64,000 bases of DNA. It comes from Methanoregula sp. Its GTDB lineage: Archaea > Halobacteriota > Methanomicrobia > Methanomicrobiales > Methanospirillaceae. Every line of letters begins with the position of its first letter. Position 1 is the first letter of the stretch. The position numbers were made by a program, and so were the translations under genes. The stretch spans positions 47,188-111,187 of the forward strand of contig JBDKTL010000048.1 of assembly GCA_039698055.1 (NCBI GenBank), given 5' to 3'. Shown here in pieces: positions 61,713 to 64,000 of the stretch. The notes beneath the pieces were generated by a model. It saw only the letters and a program-made list of their open reading frames with translations. It made no database searches and was not told where the DNA came from.

Positions 61713-62228
61713 ATGAAAATCGGAAAGGTAGACGTGAAGGTTTCCATCGTCGCGATAGCGGTGTTTGTGTTCTTTACGATCTTTTTACTCATTGCATCCG
61801 TGTACAGCCCGGTGATACGGTCGCAGCTCACCGTGCTGATCCCGGTCCTGTTCATGCTTCTTGTCATTCCTATTGCACTCAACTACATGAGCCGCAGCCA
61901 GTACGCCGGCATGGAGCCGATCTACGCGGCCGAGGCAAAGACCGTGCGGGTCAAACTCATCAACGAGAACATGATCGGGAACCCGGTACGGATCGAGGGC
62001 GTCGTGGAGCGTGTGTATTTCCAGTTCCTCAACCGTCCCCAGTTCCTTGTGGCAGACCGTTCCGGCGCGATATCGGTCAAGATGTTCACGACGCCTGCCG
62101 AGGACATCAAGGTCAACGACGTTGTTGAAGTGCTGGGCATGGTCATCCACCGGTACATGGTGAGCGGTGACCCGGTCATCAACTGCGTCTCGATCAAAAA
62201 ACTTAAAAAATCCGGAAAAGATCAATAA
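61713..62228 (+). CDS. Membrane-anchored OB-fold protein
   Basis: Two TM helices then VRIEGVVE...VADRSGAISV...VEVLG. Confidence 0.75.
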   Translation: MKIGKVDVKVSIVAIAVFVFFTIFLLIASVYSPVIRSQLTVLIPVLFMLLVIPIALNYMSRSQYAGMEPIYAAEAKTVRVKLINENMIGNPVRIEGVVERVYFQFLNRPQFLVADRSGAISVKMFTTPAEDIKVNDVVEVLGMVIHRYMVSGDPVINCVSIKKLKKSGKDQ

Positions 62229-62305
62229 TTTCCTGTCAGGGAACCGGTTTTTGGGTAACAAAAAAAATAAAAAAATCTTTTTCTTTTTAAGGCAGCCTGG
62301 TGTTC

Positions 62306-63133
62306 ATGTCCGCAGATACTACAAAAAAAACCGATGAAATAAATAAGACCTTAGAATATGCGGTGCCCGTGCTCGGGTTTGGCGGGGCGCTTTCAGGGAT
62401 TATCGTCTGGATGCTCAATGTCGCGGTCGATATCCGGATCTCGATTATCGGGTGCGTATTTGCGTCGTGGGTGCTTGCCTACCTCGCGTGGATACGGCCA
62501 AAAAAAGATATCGTGGCCCTTTCAACCCCGATTTATTCGCTCATTTTCCTTGGATTTCCCGTGGACAATTTCTCGTCGGTCGTTCTTGAACTGCTGTATG
62601 CCGCAAGCCTGACGATCCTGCTCGTGCGGCTTAAGCTCCGGTTTGGTGCGCCCCGTTCTGCGGTCATTGATAAAAAAATACTTGCAGGACCCCTTGGTTC
62701 CTATGCTGAAAAGATCCGGGAGCAGTGCGTTGTCCCCGGCCCCGGGCCCCTGCATTCCGCCGCAGTGGTTTTTGTCCGGTTTGCCGAGGGAGAATTTCGC
62801 GCTGCGGCACAGGCGGCCGGGTTTGCGATCGCGCAACTATGCGATGAAACTGCGCCACGCTGCCTGCAGGACGCGTTTGCGATCGTTCAGGAGCAGGCAG
62901 ACCGCCTTGACACGTCGCTTCCCCGGCCGGAAACGTTCCATGTCTTTTCTCCTGAAGATGCCGGCATGCTGGCAAAGACGCCCGACCCGAAGTATGGCAG
63001 GCCCGAAGAATACGATACGGCGCTTGAAAATGCGCTGCTCCTCTTATTTGCCGTCGCGTGGAACTGGTCGGACGACGACCTCATACATCTCGCAAAATGC
63101 CGGGCGTTTGCCGAGCAACTGGTTGCGCCCTGA
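62306..63133 (+). CDS. Hypothetical membrane protein
   Basis: Four N-terminal TM helices and a helical soluble C-terminus. Confidence 0.7.
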   Translation: MSADTTKKTDEINKTLEYAVPVLGFGGALSGIIVWMLNVAVDIRISIIGCVFASWVLAYLAWIRPKKDIVALSTPIYSLIFLGFPVDNFSSVVLELLYAASLTILLVRLKLRFGAPRSAVIDKKILAGPLGSYAEKIREQCVVPGPGPLHSAAVVFVRFAEGEFRAAAQAAGFAIAQLCDETAPRCLQDAFAIVQEQADRLDTSLPRPETFHVFSPEDAGMLAKTPDPKYGRPEEYDTALENALLLLFAVAWNWSDDDLIHLAKCRAFAEQLVAP

Positions 63134-63154
63134 TACGTGGTTGCAAATCAGTCC

Positions 63155-63796
63155 TCACGCAGCCTTTTTTACCGGGTCTTTCCAGTAGAGCACAACCATG
63201 AGGAGCGGGGCGAGCAGGAAGACCACGACGCTCCACGGCACCTGGAAAGCGGCAATGGCGATCCCGGCAACAGCGAGGAGGGGAAATACAAGGGCCCAGA
63301 GGATCTCGCGGTGGATCCAGGCAGCGCCAAGCTCCGGGACAAGGTCTGCGCCATGCCTGCGGATATAGATCCACTGGAAAAAGGCAATCATGCCGATGAC
63401 AAGGATGTTGAGCTCGAAGATGATCGCGCCAAATATGTCGAGCGGGTAATCGCCGGCAACGTTTGTTGAGAAGGGTATCAGGCAGACAAACGCAAGGCTT
63501 GCGATGTTGAGGCAGAGGAGCGGGCGGTCGAGGTGCGTGAGGTACCGGAAGCGCTGGTGTTCGAAATACCAGAAGGTCGCAAGGAGGACAAACGCGATAA
63601 AATAGTGGAGCAGGTCCGGGATGATGGACGTGACGATCTCGTGGACCGGGGCGACCTCCTTTACGTGGTTGTATTTCGAGGGGATGTCAACCGTAATCAC
63701 GAGCAGGGTCATGGAGAAGGCATAGATCGAATCGATCAGGGTGCCGACACGGTCCTTGGGGATGATGTGATGAAGCGGGATCTGCGGGGATGTCAT
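63155..63796 (-). CDS. TMEM175 (DUF1211) family potassium-channel-like protein
   Basis: DRVGTLIDSIYAFSMTLLV, FW..EH...F, LIPFST. Confidence 0.85.
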   Translation of the reverse strand: MTSPQIPLHHIIPKDRVGTLIDSIYAFSMTLLVITVDIPSKYNHVKEVAPVHEIVTSIIPDLLHYFIAFVLLATFWYFEHQRFRYLTHLDRPLLCLNIASLAFVCLIPFSTNVAGDYPLDIFGAIIFELNILVIGMIAFFQWIYIRRHGADLVPELGAAWIHREILWALVFPLLAVAGIAIAAFQVPWSVVVFLLAPLLMVVLYWKDPVKKAA

Positions 63797-63871
63797 GGTT
63801 TCCTTCTCTTGTTCCTTAAAAAAAGAATGGGCGATGGTGGTATTTAATCTGGATACACAGGGGGTCGTGGA

Positions 63872-64000
63872 TTAGAATCCTGACGAGAGCCCGTCACGGA
63901 TATCCCGCTTCTTCTCCTTGTTGAGCCCGGCGATATAGTCCTCGTAGTAGTGGATCCGGGTGCTGACGGGGAACGGGATGCCGATCGTGGAGATGATCGC
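63872..64000 (-). CDS. C-terminus of a gene running off the right edge
   Basis: Open frame AIISTIGIPFPVSTRIHYYEDYIAGLNKEKKRDIRDGLSSGF*. Confidence 0.55.
   Translation of the reverse strand, partial: AIISTIGIPFPVSTRIHYYEDYIAGLNKEKKRDIRDGLSSGF

Overview
Archaeal chromosomal DNA. Gene content (TBP, archaeal pilins, F420-type FdhAB, MfnD/MfnF-like genes, geranylgeranyl reductase) indicates a hydrogenotrophic methanogen, most likely Methanomicrobiales (Methanoregula-like; inferred). From left to right the window holds: an archaeal type IV pilus locus (1-7.3 kb); an iron/oxidative-stress block (DtxR, feoA-feoA-feoB-orf-feoC, HxlR, P1B-ATPase, katG-ahbD-ahbA-ahbB-ahbC, GNAT) bracketed by a full and a partial copy of one membrane-protein gene; an accessory patch of small unknown ORFs, an R-M remnant and a ~200 bp direct repeat (22.3-26.6 kb); a CDF transporter and two ECF Co/Ni-type transporter clusters; a PHP / N-terminally truncated TnpB-like RuvC nuclease / Zn-ribbon three-gene unit (34.4-36.2 kb); and housekeeping or metabolic genes (GGR, ACD, Acs, TBP, RpiA, SurE, MfnD/F, FdhAB, HDAC-family, FdhC, ClC, TMEM175). 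I found no rRNA, tRNA, CRISPR array or intact transposase. Best candidates for novelty: the mini-TnpB operon, the katG-heme-synthesis operon in a lineage that lacks cytochromes, a fully antisense-overlapping gene pair at 51.4-52.2 kb, the small-protein cassettes, and several structured non-coding elements. All calls come from reading the sequence and recalling motifs; no searches were run.
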